The notes: generated from the letters alone by a model not told the origin. Positions 7,463 to 18,038 are shown, counted from the stretch's first letter. The stretch is 32,000 bases of DNA from Mycolicibacterium smegmatis (GCF_001457595.1 NZ_LN831039.1:6300001-6332000), one strand, 5' to 3'. A program made the numbers and translations.

Positions 7463-8734
7463 TCAGTAGGACTCGTTGATCGCGTGGTTCACCACGGGGA
7501 TCATCGATTCGACGGTCACCTCGCGCGGGTTGCCTGGGGTGCACCAGTCGTCCTGGATGTGCTCGGAGATCGCGCGGACGGTCTTGTCGTCGCCCTTGAT
7601 CACCTCACCCTTGCCGGCGTACTTGCCGGTGTTCATCTGGTTCTTGGCGTACGAGTCGACGCGGACCTGCGAGAAGTTGTCCGGGATGCCGACGTCCTGC
7701 GCCAACCGGATCGCGGCCTCGACCGCGGCGTCGGCGGCCTGCACCGTGGTCATGTTGCGGGTGTCCACACCCATCGCCGTCGCAAGCTGCGCGTAGCGCT
7801 CGTAGCGCGCGGGCAGGTTGTACTCCCATACCCGCGGCAGGGCGATCGCGTTGTTGAGGCCGTGGTGGCTGTCGAAGAACGCGCTGACCGCGTGGCTGAT
7901 GGAGTGCACGATGCCCAGACCGCCGGAGTTGAACGCCTGCCCGGCGATGTACTGCGCGTTCATCATGCCTTCGCGGGCCTTGAGGTTGCGTGGCTCGAAC
8001 ACCGCCTCGCGCAGATGCTTGGCGACGAGTTCGACGGAGTACAGGGCATTTCCGAGTGACGGCGCGAAGTCCAGCCGCGACACGAACGGCTCACTGCCGT
8101 GCGCGAGCACATCGAAACCGCAGTAGGCGGTGAAGTGCTGCGGGCAGCTGTAGTACAGCAGCGGATCGTCGATCGCGAGGGTGACGATGGTCGCCTCGTC
8201 GAACCCCACCCACTTGTGCGGGTGGTCCATGTCGGAGGTGTCGGTGATGACGTAGGCCCACGATGTCTCCGAACCCGTTCCGGCCGTGGTGGATACCGCG
8301 ATGTGCGGCGGGTTCTGCTTGTTGGTGGACTTGGCGAAGCCCTCGAACTCGTTGATGTTGCGGCCGTCGTGGGCGATGACCACACGCGCACCCTTGGCGG
8401 CGTCGTGGCTCGACCCGCCACCGACGGAGATGATGCTGTCGCACTTCTCCTGCTGGTAGAGCGCCGCGGCCTCCATGACGTTGTAGTCCTTGGGGTTCGA
8501 CTCCACCTTGTCGTAGAGGACCACCTCGACGCCCTGGTACTCGATCTTGCCGGTGAGTTCCTCGATGATGCCTGAGCCGCGCAGGCCCGTGGTCATCAGC
8601 AGGGTGCGCTTGAAGCCGAGGTTCTTGGCCTCGACGCCGATGATGTCGTGCGCCCCGACGCCCAGCAGCGCGCGGGGGAACGGGTGGAACTCCTTGATCG
8701 GGAAATCCCAAATCTGGTTCAGCTCAATGGCCAT
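7463..8734 (-). CDS. mno: NDMA-dependent (nicotinoprotein) methanol dehydrogenase, group III ADH
   Basis: The internal ATG at 8734 is preceded by GAGGAG and gives 423 aa starting MAIELNQIWDFPIKEFHPFPRALLGVGAHD. That is the characteristic N-terminus of actinobacterial Mno/Mdo. GGGSSHDAAKG is also present. The 448-aa ORF in the track is an upstream extension. Confidence 0.9.
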   Translation of the reverse strand: MAIELNQIWDFPIKEFHPFPRALLGVGAHDIIGVEAKNLGFKRTLLMTTGLRGSGIIEELTGKIEYQGVEVVLYDKVESNPKDYNVMEAAALYQQEKCDSIISVGGGSSHDAAKGARVVIAHDGRNINEFEGFAKSTNKQNPPHIAVSTTAGTGSETSWAYVITDTSDMDHPHKWVGFDEATIVTLAIDDPLLYYSCPQHFTAYCGFDVLAHGSEPFVSRLDFAPSLGNALYSVELVAKHLREAVFEPRNLKAREGMMNAQYIAGQAFNSGGLGIVHSISHAVSAFFDSHHGLNNAIALPRVWEYNLPARYERYAQLATAMGVDTRNMTTVQAADAAVEAAIRLAQDVGIPDNFSQVRVDSYAKNQMNTGKYAGKGEVIKGDDKTVRAISEHIQDDWCTPGNPREVTVESMIPVVNHAINESY

Positions 8735-8831
8735 TGGTTCACTCCTCGCTGTGTCGCGCCCAGGTTCGGGCAGCTGACACCACGGTGGACCGCAAGTGGC
8801 CGGCGTCACAATGGTTTGCGGCCACTACCCG

Positions 8832-8879
8832 CCGACCGGCACGGCAGAACTGTCCGGTCGGGCAGGGTGGTCGACCACC
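8832..8879. promoter_or_regulatory. Two inverted repeats between the DUF1348 gene stop and the mno start (terminator and/or mno operator)
   Basis: CCGACCGG-N14-CCGGTCGG lies at 8832-8861. The perfect 14-bp palindrome GGTGGTCGACCACC lies at 8866-8879. Confidence 0.35.
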
Positions 8880-8905
8880 GGCGGCTCACCGGTGGGCGAG
8901 GGTGC

Positions 8906-9379
8906 TCACAGCCCCAGGTCGTTGAGGCCCGGATGGTCGTCGGGCCTGCGGCCCAGCGGCCAGTGGAACTTGCGCTCGCCCTCGGCGATCGGCGCGGTGT
9001 TGATGGACGCATGCCGCGTGCGCATCAGGCCGAACTCGTCGAACTCCCAGTTCTCGTTGCCGTACGAGCGGAACCAGTTGCCCGAGTCGTCGTGGTGTTC
9101 GTAGGCGAAGCGCACGGCGATCCGGTTGCCGTCATGGGCCCAGAGTTCCTTGATCAGGCGGTAGTCGAGTTCGGTGTTCCACTTACGCGTCAGGAACTCG
9201 ACGATTTCCTCTCGGCCTCTGGGGAATTCGGTGCGGTTACGCCAGCGGGAGTCGACAGTGTAGGCGAGGGCGACCCGCTGCGGGTCCCGGGAGTTCCAGG
9301 CGTCCTCGGCCAGCCTGACCTTTTGGGCGGCGGTCTCGGTGGTGAATGGCGGCAGCGGTGGGCGGGCTGCGTCGGACAT
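8906..9379 (-). CDS. DUF1348 / NTF2-like (SnoaL-fold) family protein
   Basis: 157 aa. The product ([29 protein letters not shown]...[27 protein letters not shown]) matches my recollection of the DUF1348 family. The ATG is preceded by GGGAAGGAA. Confidence 0.75.
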   Translation of the reverse strand: MSDAARPPLPPFTTETAAQKVRLAEDAWNSRDPQRVALAYTVDSRWRNRTEFPRGREEIVEFLTRKWNTELDYRLIKELWAHDGNRIAVRFAYEHHDDSGNWFRSYGNENWEFDEFGLMRTRHASINTAPIAEGERKFHWPLGRRPDDHPGLNDLGL

Positions 9380-9394
9380 GCGGCGTTCCTTCCC

Positions 9395-9443
9395 GGAGAA
9401 CGGTCGTTCTCCCGTCTGCTACCGTAGAGAACGATGGTTCTCC
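9395..9443. promoter_or_regulatory. Twin TetR-type operators in the divergent DUF1348/tetR intergenic region
   Basis: GGAGAACG-GT-CGTTCTCC lies at 9395-9412 and aGAGAAC-GATG-GTTCTCc at 9426-9443. Both share the half-site GAGAAC/GTTCTC. Confidence 0.55.
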
Positions 9444-9460
9444 GCGCAAGGAAGGTCGGC

Positions 9461-10021
9461 ATGCTGGACCCAGACGCGGCACGCGAGCGCGTCCTCGCCG
9501 CGGCCGAGGAACTCTTCTACGCCCGCGGCATTCAGGCCGTCGGCATGGACGCCGTGCGGACGGCGTCCGGAGTCTCGCTCAAACGCCTCTACCAGATGTT
9601 CCCCTCGAAAGAGGATCTGGTTGTTTCGTTCCTGCAACAACGGGATTCGCGGTGGCTCGGCAGGCTCACCGCCGCGGTCCAATCCCACACCGACCCGCGC
9701 GAACGCATCACCGCGGTGTACGACTGGCTGTACGCGTGGTTCTCCGAACCCGACTACCGCGGTTGCGCGTTCATCAACTCCTTCGGTGAACTCGGCGGTA
9801 TCTCCCCCGCGGTCGCAGACCAGGCCCGCCACCACAAGCGGGAGTTCCACGCTTATCTCACCGAACTCGTCGGCGCCGCAGGGTATCCCGCCGAGTTGGC
9901 CGCGCACCTCGCTCTGCTCGCGGAAGGTGCGATTGTCAACTCGGCGATCTTCGGCACACCCGACCCCGCCACGCGCGCAAAGCAAGCCGCGCTCACGCTC
10001 ATGCAGGCCTCAGGCGGTTAG
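9461..10021 (+). CDS. TetR/AcrR-family transcriptional regulator
   Basis: The ATG at 9461 is preceded by AGGAAGG and gives MLDPDAARERVLAAAEELFYARGIQAVGMDAVRTASGVSLKRLYQMF, a TetR_N HTH. The track's start at 9434 falls inside the second operator palindrome. Confidence 0.85.
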   Translation: MLDPDAARERVLAAAEELFYARGIQAVGMDAVRTASGVSLKRLYQMFPSKEDLVVSFLQQRDSRWLGRLTAAVQSHTDPRERITAVYDWLYAWFSEPDYRGCAFINSFGELGGISPAVADQARHHKREFHAYLTELVGAAGYPAELAAHLALLAEGAIVNSAIFGTPDPATRAKQAALTLMQASGG

Positions 10022-10022
10022 G

Positions 10023-11228
10023 CTAGCCGCAGTTACCTCCAAGCGGAGGTGTGGAAGTCGCTGGGCCAGCGCGTGGCGCGATGACCCTCAGCATCGGCAC
10101 GGCAATCAGTAACGCCAGCGCGACCATAACGCTGCTGACCCAGACCGGCGCAACGACATTCGCGTGAATTCCGAGAGCCGCAGCTGCGGCCACCGGACCA
10201 CCGGCAGCGCCGACGTTCAACGCCGCCGTCGCATACGCCCCACCCATCGTGGGGGCTGCGGACGCCTCATAGAGCACCCGCGTGATCAGGGTGCCGCCCA
10301 CGGCGAACGACAACGCGCCCTGCATGAATGCCAGCAGGAGAAGCGCAGCCGGCTGGCTCGACAGGAGCGCAAGCGCCGTCCAGCCCGCCAACAACGCAGG
10401 GCCCCCGGCTCCGATGACGATACCGGGGCGTGTGTCGGACAGACGTCCCGCGACGGTCACGCCGATGAACGACCCAAACCCGAACAGCAGCAAGACAACC
10501 GAGACCCACAGTCGCCCCAGTCCCGCCGATTCGGTGACGATCGGTGCCAGGAACGTGAACGTCGCGAACGTACCGGCATTCACCAGGGCGGCGAGCAGCA
10601 TGGCCAACGCCAGGCGCTTACTCCCCAGTTGCGCGAGCTCATCACGCAGCGAGGCACCCGCCACCGGCGAGCCGGCGCGTCCTGCACCCGCCGGTAATGC
10701 TGTGGCGATACCGACAACAGCGGGCACACAGAGCAGTGCTATCGCCCAGAAGGTGGCCCGCCAGCCTAGCATGGTGCCCAGCACCGCGCCGGCCGGCACT
10801 CCGGCGATGGTCGCCAGCGTCGTGCCCGCCAGGAGAACCGCCAGCCCGCGACCTTGGCGTCCCGCCGGCACGAGGGTGGCCGCCGTGCTCAACGCGACCG
10901 CGAGAAAGCCCGCATTGGCAACCGCCGCGACCAGCCGGGTGACCAACAGAACGCCGAAACTTGTTGTGACAGCGCCGAGCACGTGCACCAGGGCGAAGGT
11001 CAGCAGGAAGGCCGACAAACTGACCCGGGCACGCCATCGACGGGTCAACGCCGCCATCGACGGCGCACCGACGACCATCCCCACAGCAAATGCCGACGTG
11101 AGCAGCCCAGCCGGTCCGATCGATACACCGAGGTCGGCGGCGATGTCCGGCACCAGACCGGCGAGCATGAATTCCGAGGTACCCATGGCGAATACGGCCA
11201 CGGCAAGAAGGTAGAGCGAAAAAGGCAT
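10023..11228 (-). CDS. MFS efflux transporter, Cmx/CmrA-like (DHA family)
   Basis: About 401 aa and highly hydrophobic. The N-terminus MPFSLYLLAVAVFAMGTSEFMLAGLVPDIAADLGVS resembles Cmx-type exporters. ATG 11228 or GTG 11231 are possible starts, with GGAG upstream. Confidence 0.8.
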   Translation of the reverse strand: MPFSLYLLAVAVFAMGTSEFMLAGLVPDIAADLGVSIGPAGLLTSAFAVGMVVGAPSMAALTRRWRARVSLSAFLLTFALVHVLGAVTTSFGVLLVTRLVAAVANAGFLAVALSTAATLVPAGRQGRGLAVLLAGTTLATIAGVPAGAVLGTMLGWRATFWAIALLCVPAVVGIATALPAGAGRAGSPVAGASLRDELAQLGSKRLALAMLLAALVNAGTFATFTFLAPIVTESAGLGRLWVSVVLLLFGFGSFIGVTVAGRLSDTRPGIVIGAGGPALLAGWTALALLSSQPAALLLLAFMQGALSFAVGGTLITRVLYEASAAPTMGGAYATAALNVGAAGGPVAAAAALGIHANVVAPVWVSSVMVALALLIAVPMLRVIAPRAGPATSTPPLGGNCG

Positions 11229-11417
11229 CACAAACTCCGAGGTGAGAGAGCGAGAAAAGAAAACGTCTCGTCACCGCGGCCGGCCCCCGTGGGGCTGGGA
11301 CTGCGCTCAGTGATTCAGGGGGCTGACGGCGTGACCGAAAGCCCCCACCTTGGATGCCTCAGGGCTCGACATGACGCGAACACTAGCCACGGCACCGCTG
11401 ACCACGCAACCCTGTTT

Positions 11418-12530
11418 TCAGGGCGCCTCACGCAACGCTGCTGCGAACTGCTCCAGTTCGTCGACCGTCACGTCGACGTGCGGCGAGATTCGCAGCACCG
11501 GCGTGCGCATCTCGAACGGTGCCCGCGCGAGTTCACACGCGGTGCTCACGATGCCACGCTCCGCGATCAGCCACGAGCGCACCGACGCGGGATCGGCACC
11601 ATCGGTGGGCTCAAGGGTGGTGATCGCGGTGGGTTGGTCGACGGGTTCGACGACGCGCCACCCGTCGACCTCTGCCAGCACCTGCCGAGAGAGGCACCCC
11701 ACCTCGGCGAGTCGTTCGCGCACCGTCGTGGGACCTGCTGCGAGATGCTCACCGACCGCGACGGAGAATCCCACACGCGCCGCCGCGTTGTGCTCACCGA
11801 GTTCGAGCTTCTCCAGAACACTCATCGGAATTGGCCAGTCGGACGGGGGGATCCGCGGTTGCAGACGCTCGGCGAGTTCGGGCCGCACCGCGAGCACCCC
11901 GACACCACGCGGGCCGGCGAGCCACTTGCGCGACGATGAGTACACCGCGTCGGCCCCGACATTGCAGTCCAGATGCCCCAGCGCCTGCGCGGCGTCGATC
12001 ACCACGGGGATCCCCGCATTGTGGCAGGCCTCGACGAGTTCTGCCGCGGGTTGCGCGATCCCGCGATGGCTTGCCAATGCGGTGAGGTGTACGAGCGCGA
12101 CGGGATGGGCCGACAGTTCGTGCGACGCCTCGTCGACCAGCACCCGCCCGTCGTCGTCGACCGGTAGCGCACGCACCTGGAAACCGTTGGCCGCCATGGC
12201 AGACAGATTCGGCCCGTACTCGCCGGGCAGGCAGGCCAGCGTGCGCTTCCCCGGCCAGCTCGACAGCAACAGGTCGATGGCGTGGTTGGATCCGCTGGTG
12301 TACACCACGTCCGACGCCGCAAAACCGATGAGCGACGCGACCGCGGCCCGCCCGGCGTCGAGCGCCGGCGTCGCAGCCTCGGCCGCCACATAACCACCCA
12401 CCTCGGCCTCGTGGCGTGCGTGTGCGGTGGTCGCGTCGATCACCGCGAAGCTCTGCCGCGAACATGCCCCGCTGTCCAGGTGCAACCCGGCAACCTTGGG
12501 ACGGGCGTCACGCCACTGCTGCGCGAGCAT
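11418..12530 (-). CDS. egtE: PLP-dependent hercynylcysteine sulfoxide C-S lyase
   Basis: A class V aminotransferase-like product ([12 protein letters not shown]). It is the last gene of the egt operon. The internal ATG at 12530 shares its A with the egtD TGA (TGATG). Confidence 0.8.
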   Translation of the reverse strand: MLAQQWRDARPKVAGLHLDSGACSRQSFAVIDATTAHARHEAEVGGYVAAEAATPALDAGRAAVASLIGFAASDVVYTSGSNHAIDLLLSSWPGKRTLACLPGEYGPNLSAMAANGFQVRALPVDDDGRVLVDEASHELSAHPVALVHLTALASHRGIAQPAAELVEACHNAGIPVVIDAAQALGHLDCNVGADAVYSSSRKWLAGPRGVGVLAVRPELAERLQPRIPPSDWPIPMSVLEKLELGEHNAAARVGFSVAVGEHLAAGPTTVRERLAEVGCLSRQVLAEVDGWRVVEPVDQPTAITTLEPTDGADPASVRSWLIAERGIVSTACELARAPFEMRTPVLRISPHVDVTVDELEQFAAALREAP

Positions 12531-13495
12531 CACCGCACCGCCAGCGACAACCCGAAATCCCCGGCCGGATCGGTCCACCAATGCGTCTGCCGCAGACCGG
12601 CTTCCGCCAGCTCGGCGACGACGTTCTCGGGACGGAACTTGCAGGACACCTCGGTGAGCATCTCCTCACCCGCGGCGAAGTCGACCTCCAGGTCCAGTGC
12701 CGCGACGCGGACATGCTGTGCGGTGCGGGCACGCAACCACATCTCGATGCGTTCCTCGTCGGAGTTCCACTTCGCGACATGCTCGAACGCGTCGAGGTCG
12801 AAATCGGCGGACAGTTCGCGGTTCACCACGGCCAGCACGTTGCGGTTGAACGCCGCGGTGACGCCGGCCGCGTCGTCGTACGCGCGCACCAACCGGCCGG
12901 TGTCCTTCACCAGATCGGTGCCCAGCAGCAGGCTGTCGCCCGGCTGCAGCGTGTCCGCGAGAGTACTGAGGAACTCCGCGCGGGGCGCGGGTGTCAGGTT
13001 GCCGATGGTCGACCCGAGGAACACCACGAGCCGCCGTCCGACATGCGGGATCTTGCCCAGATGCTCCTCGAAATCGCCACATACGGCGTCGATCTCGATA
13101 CCCGGGTACTCCGCGCCGATTGCCGCTCCGGCCGAACGCAGCACGCCCGCGTCGACGTCGAACGGGATGAAGCGGCGCAGCAGCTCGGCGTCGCGCATGG
13201 CGTCGAGCAGCATGCGGGTTTTCTCCGATGTCCCACTGCCCAGTTCCACCAGGGTGTCGGCACCCGCGGCCGAGATGATCTCCGCCGACCGGGTCCGCAG
13301 GATCTGCGCCTCGGTTCGGGTGGGGTAATACTCGGGGAGCCGGGTGATCTGATCGAACAGATCACTGCCGACGGCGTCGTAGAACCACTTGGGCGGCAGA
13401 CTCTTCTGTGTCGCGGTGAGACCCGCGCGGACGTCACGGCGCAGCGCTTCGGCGGCCGAGTCGGCTGCCAGGTAGTTGGCCAGTGAGAGCGTCAT
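12530..13495 (-). CDS. egtD: L-histidine N-alpha-methyltransferase
   Basis: 321 aa from the ATG at 13495 ([22 protein letters not shown]...LPPKWFYD...[11 protein letters not shown]). It matches EgtD in sequence and in operon position. Confidence 0.9.
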   Translation of the reverse strand: MTLSLANYLAADSAAEALRRDVRAGLTATQKSLPPKWFYDAVGSDLFDQITRLPEYYPTRTEAQILRTRSAEIISAAGADTLVELGSGTSEKTRMLLDAMRDAELLRRFIPFDVDAGVLRSAGAAIGAEYPGIEIDAVCGDFEEHLGKIPHVGRRLVVFLGSTIGNLTPAPRAEFLSTLADTLQPGDSLLLGTDLVKDTGRLVRAYDDAAGVTAAFNRNVLAVVNRELSADFDLDAFEHVAKWNSDEERIEMWLRARTAQHVRVAALDLEVDFAAGEEMLTEVSCKFRPENVVAELAEAGLRQTHWWTDPAGDFGLSLAVR

Positions 13496-13506
13496 GGGGC
13501 GTCCTT

Positions 13507-14190
13507 TCACAGGGGTGTCACGACGACGTGGGCGTCGCGGACGTCGACGAGGTGCCGGTCCGGGATGTCCGACCAGCCGGGATCGTCGTCGTAGGGTTCG
13601 CTCGCGAGGACGACGCCGTCGGGGCGGCGCAGGACCGACAGCGTGTCCCCCCAGGTGGTGGCGAGCAGCCGGGAACCGTTGGCGGCCAGGATGTTCAACC
13701 GCGCGTTCGGGTCGAGTTCGCCGACCTCGGCGATGGTGGCGCCGAGCGCGTCGAGGCCACGGGAGAAGATGAGCGCCGCGAGGATCGCGCTGTCCACCGT
13801 GGACTCGGCGGCACCGGTCAACGGGAGCACCCCGCGGTCGACCAGGCCGTTGTGCGACAGCAGCCACTGCCCGTCGCTGAACGGCGCCGACGCCGACGGT
13901 TCGATGGGCATACCGATGGTGGCCGAGCGCACCGCGGCCACCACACAGCGACTGCGCAGCGCTGGTGCCACCGACGCGAACGACGCATCACCCCACAGCG
14001 GTTTGTCGCTGCGCCAGCGGCGGGCCACTCCATCGTCGTCGAAAAACCCTGCGCCCCAACCGTCGGCGTTCATCAGACCGTGCTTCTGTCGTCGCGGTGC
14101 GTAGGACTGCACCAGCAGTCCCTGCGGCGGGTCGAGCACCAGGTCGGCCAACGACCGCGGCGCGCCCAGCCACGCCACATGCCGGCACAT
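13507..14190 (-). CDS. egtC: Class II (Ntn) glutamine amidotransferase, gamma-glutamyl-hercynylcysteine sulfoxide hydrolase
   Basis: 227 aa beginning MCRHVAWLG, with the Cys2 nucleophile. The ATG at 14190 overlaps the egtB TGA (TGATG). Confidence 0.85.
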   Translation of the reverse strand: MCRHVAWLGAPRSLADLVLDPPQGLLVQSYAPRRQKHGLMNADGWGAGFFDDDGVARRWRSDKPLWGDASFASVAPALRSRCVVAAVRSATIGMPIEPSASAPFSDGQWLLSHNGLVDRGVLPLTGAAESTVDSAILAALIFSRGLDALGATIAEVGELDPNARLNILAANGSRLLATTWGDTLSVLRRPDGVVLASEPYDDDPGWSDIPDRHLVDVRDAHVVVTPL

Positions 14191-15476
14191 CAGACGTCCC
14201 AGGCCAGGCGGACACCCGAGAAGATCTGCCGCCGGATCGGGTGGTCCCAGTTGCGGAAGCTGGGCCGCAGGATTCCCGGTGCCACGGCCCATGACCCGCC
14301 GCGCAGCACGCGGTAGTCACCGGATGTGGTGCCCTCGAAGAACGGCGTGCTGTAGCGCTCGTAGATCATCGGCGTGAAACCGGGCCACGGCCGCAGCGGC
14401 GAGGAGGTCCACTCCCACACGTCGCCCAGCATCTGCTCGGCGCCATAGGCCGACGCCCCCGCCGGGTAGGCCCCGACCGGCGCCGGGCGGCGTGCGTCAC
14501 CGCCGAGGTTGGCCAGCGCCGCGCTGGGTTGTGCTGAGCCCCAGGGGAACCGGCGCCGAGCACCGGCGACCGGATCCCACGCGCAGGCCTTCTCCCATTC
14601 GATCTCGGTGGGCAACCGCGCACCGGCCCACGCCGCGTAGGCCTCGGCTTCGAAGAACGTCACGTGCTGCACGGGTTCGTCACCCGGGATCTCCTCGATG
14701 TGCCCGAACCGGGTGCGGGTGCCGTCGGGGTTCCAGAACTGCGGGGCCACCAGGCCCGCCTCCTGGCGGTGCGCCCAGCCGCGTGGCGACCACCAGCGCG
14801 GCTCGTCGTAGCCGCCGTCGTCGATGAACTCGCGCCATTCGGCGTTGGTGACGGGCACGCGGCCGATCCGGAACGACGGGATGTCCACGACGTGGGCGGG
14901 CCGTTCGTTGTCCAGCGAGTGCGGTTCGGTCAGCGCGTCGACCCCGAGCACGAACGGGCCGCCCGGCACCAGCACCGACGTGCCTGCCACGCCTGGCCTG
15001 CCCGTGGGCAGGGGAGTTCCGGTGTCGAGCAGGGGCGGGCCTTCGCGCAGGTTGAGTGCCTGCAGCATGGTCTCGTCGTGCTGGTTCTCGTGGCTGATCA
15101 CCAGCGCGAACCGGAAGCCCGGATCGTCCTCGGGCAGCGTGTCGAGGGTGTCGAGCGCCTTGGCCCGCACCGTCGCGCAGTAGGCGCGCGCATCCGAAGG
15201 CGGCAGCAACGGGAGGTTGACCCGGCTGGCGCGTGAGTGCTCGAACGCGTCGTAGAGCCGGTCCACCTCGGGTGCGAGCATGCCGGGGCGGTCGGGGTTG
15301 CCGTCGCGCAGCAGCCACAGTTCTTCCTGCTGGCCGATGTGCGCGAGGTCCCATACGAGCGGGCTCATCAGCGGGTTGTACTGGCGATGCAGTTCCGCGT
15401 CGTCGAACTCCACGAGCCGCAACGTGCGTTCGCGGGCCCGGGCCAGCTCGTCGGCCAGTGTCTCGCGTGCGATCAA
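14190..15476 (-). CDS. egtB: Hercynine oxygenase / sulfoxide synthase (DinB_2 plus FGE-sulfatase domains)
   Basis: 428 aa. The N-terminal part is DinB-like ([22 protein letters not shown]). The C-terminal part is FGE-like ([23 protein letters not shown]). Its TTG start overlaps the egtA TGA (TTGA at 15473-15476). Confidence 0.9.
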   Translation of the reverse strand: MIARETLADELARARERTLRLVEFDDAELHRQYNPLMSPLVWDLAHIGQQEELWLLRDGNPDRPGMLAPEVDRLYDAFEHSRASRVNLPLLPPSDARAYCATVRAKALDTLDTLPEDDPGFRFALVISHENQHDETMLQALNLREGPPLLDTGTPLPTGRPGVAGTSVLVPGGPFVLGVDALTEPHSLDNERPAHVVDIPSFRIGRVPVTNAEWREFIDDGGYDEPRWWSPRGWAHRQEAGLVAPQFWNPDGTRTRFGHIEEIPGDEPVQHVTFFEAEAYAAWAGARLPTEIEWEKACAWDPVAGARRRFPWGSAQPSAALANLGGDARRPAPVGAYPAGASAYGAEQMLGDVWEWTSSPLRPWPGFTPMIYERYSTPFFEGTTSGDYRVLRGGSWAVAPGILRPSFRNWDHPIRRQIFSGVRLAWDV

Positions 15477-16750
15477 AGCTCACCTTTCGCCAGTTCCCGG
15501 ACGGCGGCGGCGATTCCGCGTGCCACCACCCGGTCCGAGAAGTCGTCGGCGGGACTACGCCTCTGCTGGACCGAACGCATCAACAGCGTCATCGATTCCT
15601 CGAGTTCGGCCGGTGCCCGCTCCGCCGCGAGCCGCACGCACGTCAGGGCCGCGGTGTGCAGATGTCGGTCCGTCAGGCCCATCCGCGCGGCGCGGTCCCA
15701 GGCTGTGGCGACTGGACGTGTTGCCTCAGCGGCACTTTCGGCCGCGACAGGATCGTCGAGCAATGTGGTGAGGGTGAACACAGCGGCCGGCCACAGCGCG
15801 TCGGGCACGCTGTCGAGATAGCGGATCTCCAGCCAGCGGCGCGGCCGCACCGGCGGGAACAGCGTCGTCAGGTGATAGTCCAGGTCGGCCTCGGTCGGTC
15901 TGCGTCCACCCAGCACGGCGCGCCCGTCGGCCCAGTCCGCGAACGGCACCCAGTTGGTCACGGGCACCGCGTCCGGAGAGTTCACCAGCATCACCGGCGC
16001 GCGCAGCGCGTAGCGCGCCCATTCGGAGGCGGGATCGTCGCCGTCCACACCCAGCACCGGCCCGCACCGCGCCGAGTCGAGCTGCCCCCACACGCGTTGC
16101 CGCGTCGAACACCAGCCCGTGAACTGTCCACCCAGCATCGGTGAGTTGGCGGTGATCGCGATCATCGTGGGCCCCAGCGCATGTGCCAACCGGACCCGCT
16201 CGGCCCAGCCGTCGCGCGGACCGGCATCCAGGTTGACCTGCACCGACGCGGTTGCCGTCATCATCGCGGCGCCGGCCTCGGCGGTACCGCTCGCGGTGAA
16301 GAACTGTTCCATGGCCGAGTAGCGCGCACCCGGGTTGACCCGGCGGGTCGGCCGCAGCGGATCGGTGCCGAGCAGCACCAGGCCAAGATTCCTGCGGGCG
16401 AACTCCGCACGCAGCACAGCACGGTCGGCCTGCAGCGCGGCGACCGCGGCGAGCGGACCGTCGTACGGCGGACCGGACAGTTCGACCGCGCCGCCGGGTT
16501 CCACGGTGATCCGGCTGCCACCGGGCAGTGGCGGTACGTCCGCGATCACGGCGGACAGTTCGTCCCAGCTCGGTCGCCGCGTCGGATTGCTCAGGTCGAA
16601 ACAGTGCGCCTCGATCTCCAGGCCCACCCGGCCGATCGGACCGTCCTGCAGGCTGTTGGCACCGATGTGGGCGGCGGCCTGCTCCGCACTGGTGAACTCG
16701 ACCGGAACCGCACAGCCAGAATCACTTCTGGCGGGTAAGGCCATGACCAA
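15473..16750 (-). CDS. egtA: Glutamate-cysteine ligase (GCS2 family)
   Basis: About 423-425 aa (RVGLEIEAH..., ASVQVNLD). It is the first gene of the egt operon. The start is either TTG 16750 or ATG 16744, downstream of GGGAGGG. Confidence 0.85.
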   Translation of the reverse strand: MVMALPARSDSGCAVPVEFTSAEQAAAHIGANSLQDGPIGRVGLEIEAHCFDLSNPTRRPSWDELSAVIADVPPLPGGSRITVEPGGAVELSGPPYDGPLAAVAALQADRAVLRAEFARRNLGLVLLGTDPLRPTRRVNPGARYSAMEQFFTASGTAEAGAAMMTATASVQVNLDAGPRDGWAERVRLAHALGPTMIAITANSPMLGGQFTGWCSTRQRVWGQLDSARCGPVLGVDGDDPASEWARYALRAPVMLVNSPDAVPVTNWVPFADWADGRAVLGGRRPTEADLDYHLTTLFPPVRPRRWLEIRYLDSVPDALWPAAVFTLTTLLDDPVAAESAAEATRPVATAWDRAARMGLTDRHLHTAALTCVRLAAERAPAELEESMTLLMRSVQQRRSPADDFSDRVVARGIAAAVRELAKGEL

Positions 16751-16860
16751 CCGTCCCTCCCAGTCCCCTGCCGGACCGTCTGGTTCTTCTCCATCTTCCA
16801 GATCAGACCGACAAAGTTCGCGTCTTTATTCGTGACAGGTCGGTGACGGTTGCGGGCCGG

Positions 16861-17514
16861 TTATTGCCCCAGGGTGTTCTGCATGGCCCCGGCCAGCACG
16901 TTGACCGCGGGGCCTCCGTTGCCGGATTGGCACACTTTTGCCTGCAGCAGAACGTTTTCGCGCTTCCGGGTGGTGTTGAAACACCGCCGGTCGGTGGCCG
17001 CCTCCTGCTTGACCCAGTCGGCGTCGGCCGGGCCCGCCGGCCCGCCGGTGAACGTCCACACCTCGGTGTGGAAGTTGTCCAGATGCATCGCCGTGGTCTG
17101 CCCCGCGCATCCGACGGTGCGGTCGACGACGCGATGGTAGGCGCGGTCGGCCGCGTCGACGGTGGCGAACACCCCGACGGCCTGCTTCACCAGGTGTGTG
17201 GCGTCGCCCGCCGCGGTCTGGGCAGTGGCACCGCCGAAGGACGCCAGGTCGGGGTCGTTGAACACCTCGGGCAGGCCGATGTCGGCCCAGTTGTTGCACA
17301 CGGGGTTGTCGACGGAGAACGCCTGGAACGGCGCGGTGAACTCGGACTCCCAGCGGATGGGGGCGCCGACGATGTTGCTCACCGAACCCTTCGGCATGAC
17401 GGCGTAGGACACCACACCGGGATCCGACGGCCGGGCCGCAGCAGGTGCCACTGACGCCAGGACAAGTCCAGCCACCCCGAGACTCACAGTCACGGCACGC
17501 ATGGGCTCGATCAT
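16861..17514 (-). CDS. Secreted protein, possibly a PknH_C-type extracellular sensor domain
   Basis: The internal ATG at 17514 gives a signal peptide (MIEPMRAVTVSLGVAGLVLASVAPAAA/RP) and four Cys in the mature part. The family call is from memory only. Confidence 0.6.
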   Translation of the reverse strand: MIEPMRAVTVSLGVAGLVLASVAPAAARPSDPGVVSYAVMPKGSVSNIVGAPIRWESEFTAPFQAFSVDNPVCNNWADIGLPEVFNDPDLASFGGATAQTAAGDATHLVKQAVGVFATVDAADRAYHRVVDRTVGCAGQTTAMHLDNFHTEVWTFTGGPAGPADADWVKQEAATDRRCFNTTRKRENVLLQAKVCQSGNGGPAVNVLAGAMQNTLGQ

Positions 17515-17519
17515 GCCAT

Positions 17520-18038
17520 TCAGTACACGGTGCGGGTGCAGTAGGTGCGTGCCGGTGACGGGTACGGCCAGGCGAACTGACCGGCGTCGTCGCCGCATGC
17601 GGCCTGGTCACGGACGTCGAGCCGCCGCGTCACCTGGACCAGCAGGCCGGGCCTGGCGGGTTCGGCGCAGTCGGCCAGTTCGACCATGCCCGCGGGCATG
17701 CCGAGTTCGTAGCAGTGGTCGGCGACGAGGTTCGGCACCAGGCACAGCCGCGCCGTCGACGGATCGGCGAATTCGGTGGACAGCTGCTGGTATTCGCGGC
17801 TGGGGCACGCGCCGGTCTCGTCGGCGACGGCGCCCACGGTGTAGCTGGGGTCGGCGCTGCAGTCCACCTCTGTGGCACGTACGGGATCGGGTCCGTCAGG
17901 CGTCGTCGCCGGGATGCTCACGCAGTCACCCACCGAGAACACCATCACCGCACCACGTTCGGGGCCCGGTTGCCCACACGCCGGGGCGAGCAGTACCGGC
18001 GCTGCGATCAGCGCAAGCATGAGCCGATGGCGCGTCAT
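17520..18038 (-). CDS. Cys-rich secreted protein or lipoprotein
   Basis: The ATG at 18038 gives MTRHRLMLALIAAPVLLAPAC, a lipobox-like signal. The mature part has 9 Cys. The stop codon lies 5 nt before the next gene. Confidence 0.65.
   Translation of the reverse strand: MTRHRLMLALIAAPVLLAPACGQPGPERGAVMVFSVGDCVSIPATTPDGPDPVRATEVDCSADPSYTVGAVADETGACPSREYQQLSTEFADPSTARLCLVPNLVADHCYELGMPAGMVELADCAEPARPGLLVQVTRRLDVRDQAACGDDAGQFAWPYPSPARTYCTRTVY

Noticed and set aside
13496-13867. Upstream extension of the egtD ORF (and likewise 14191..14292 for egtC, 12531..12581 for egtE, 8735..8809 for mno)
   Set aside because: The extensions overlap the preceding operon gene and are Arg-rich. The internal ATGs give the family-typical N-termini and overlap junctions.
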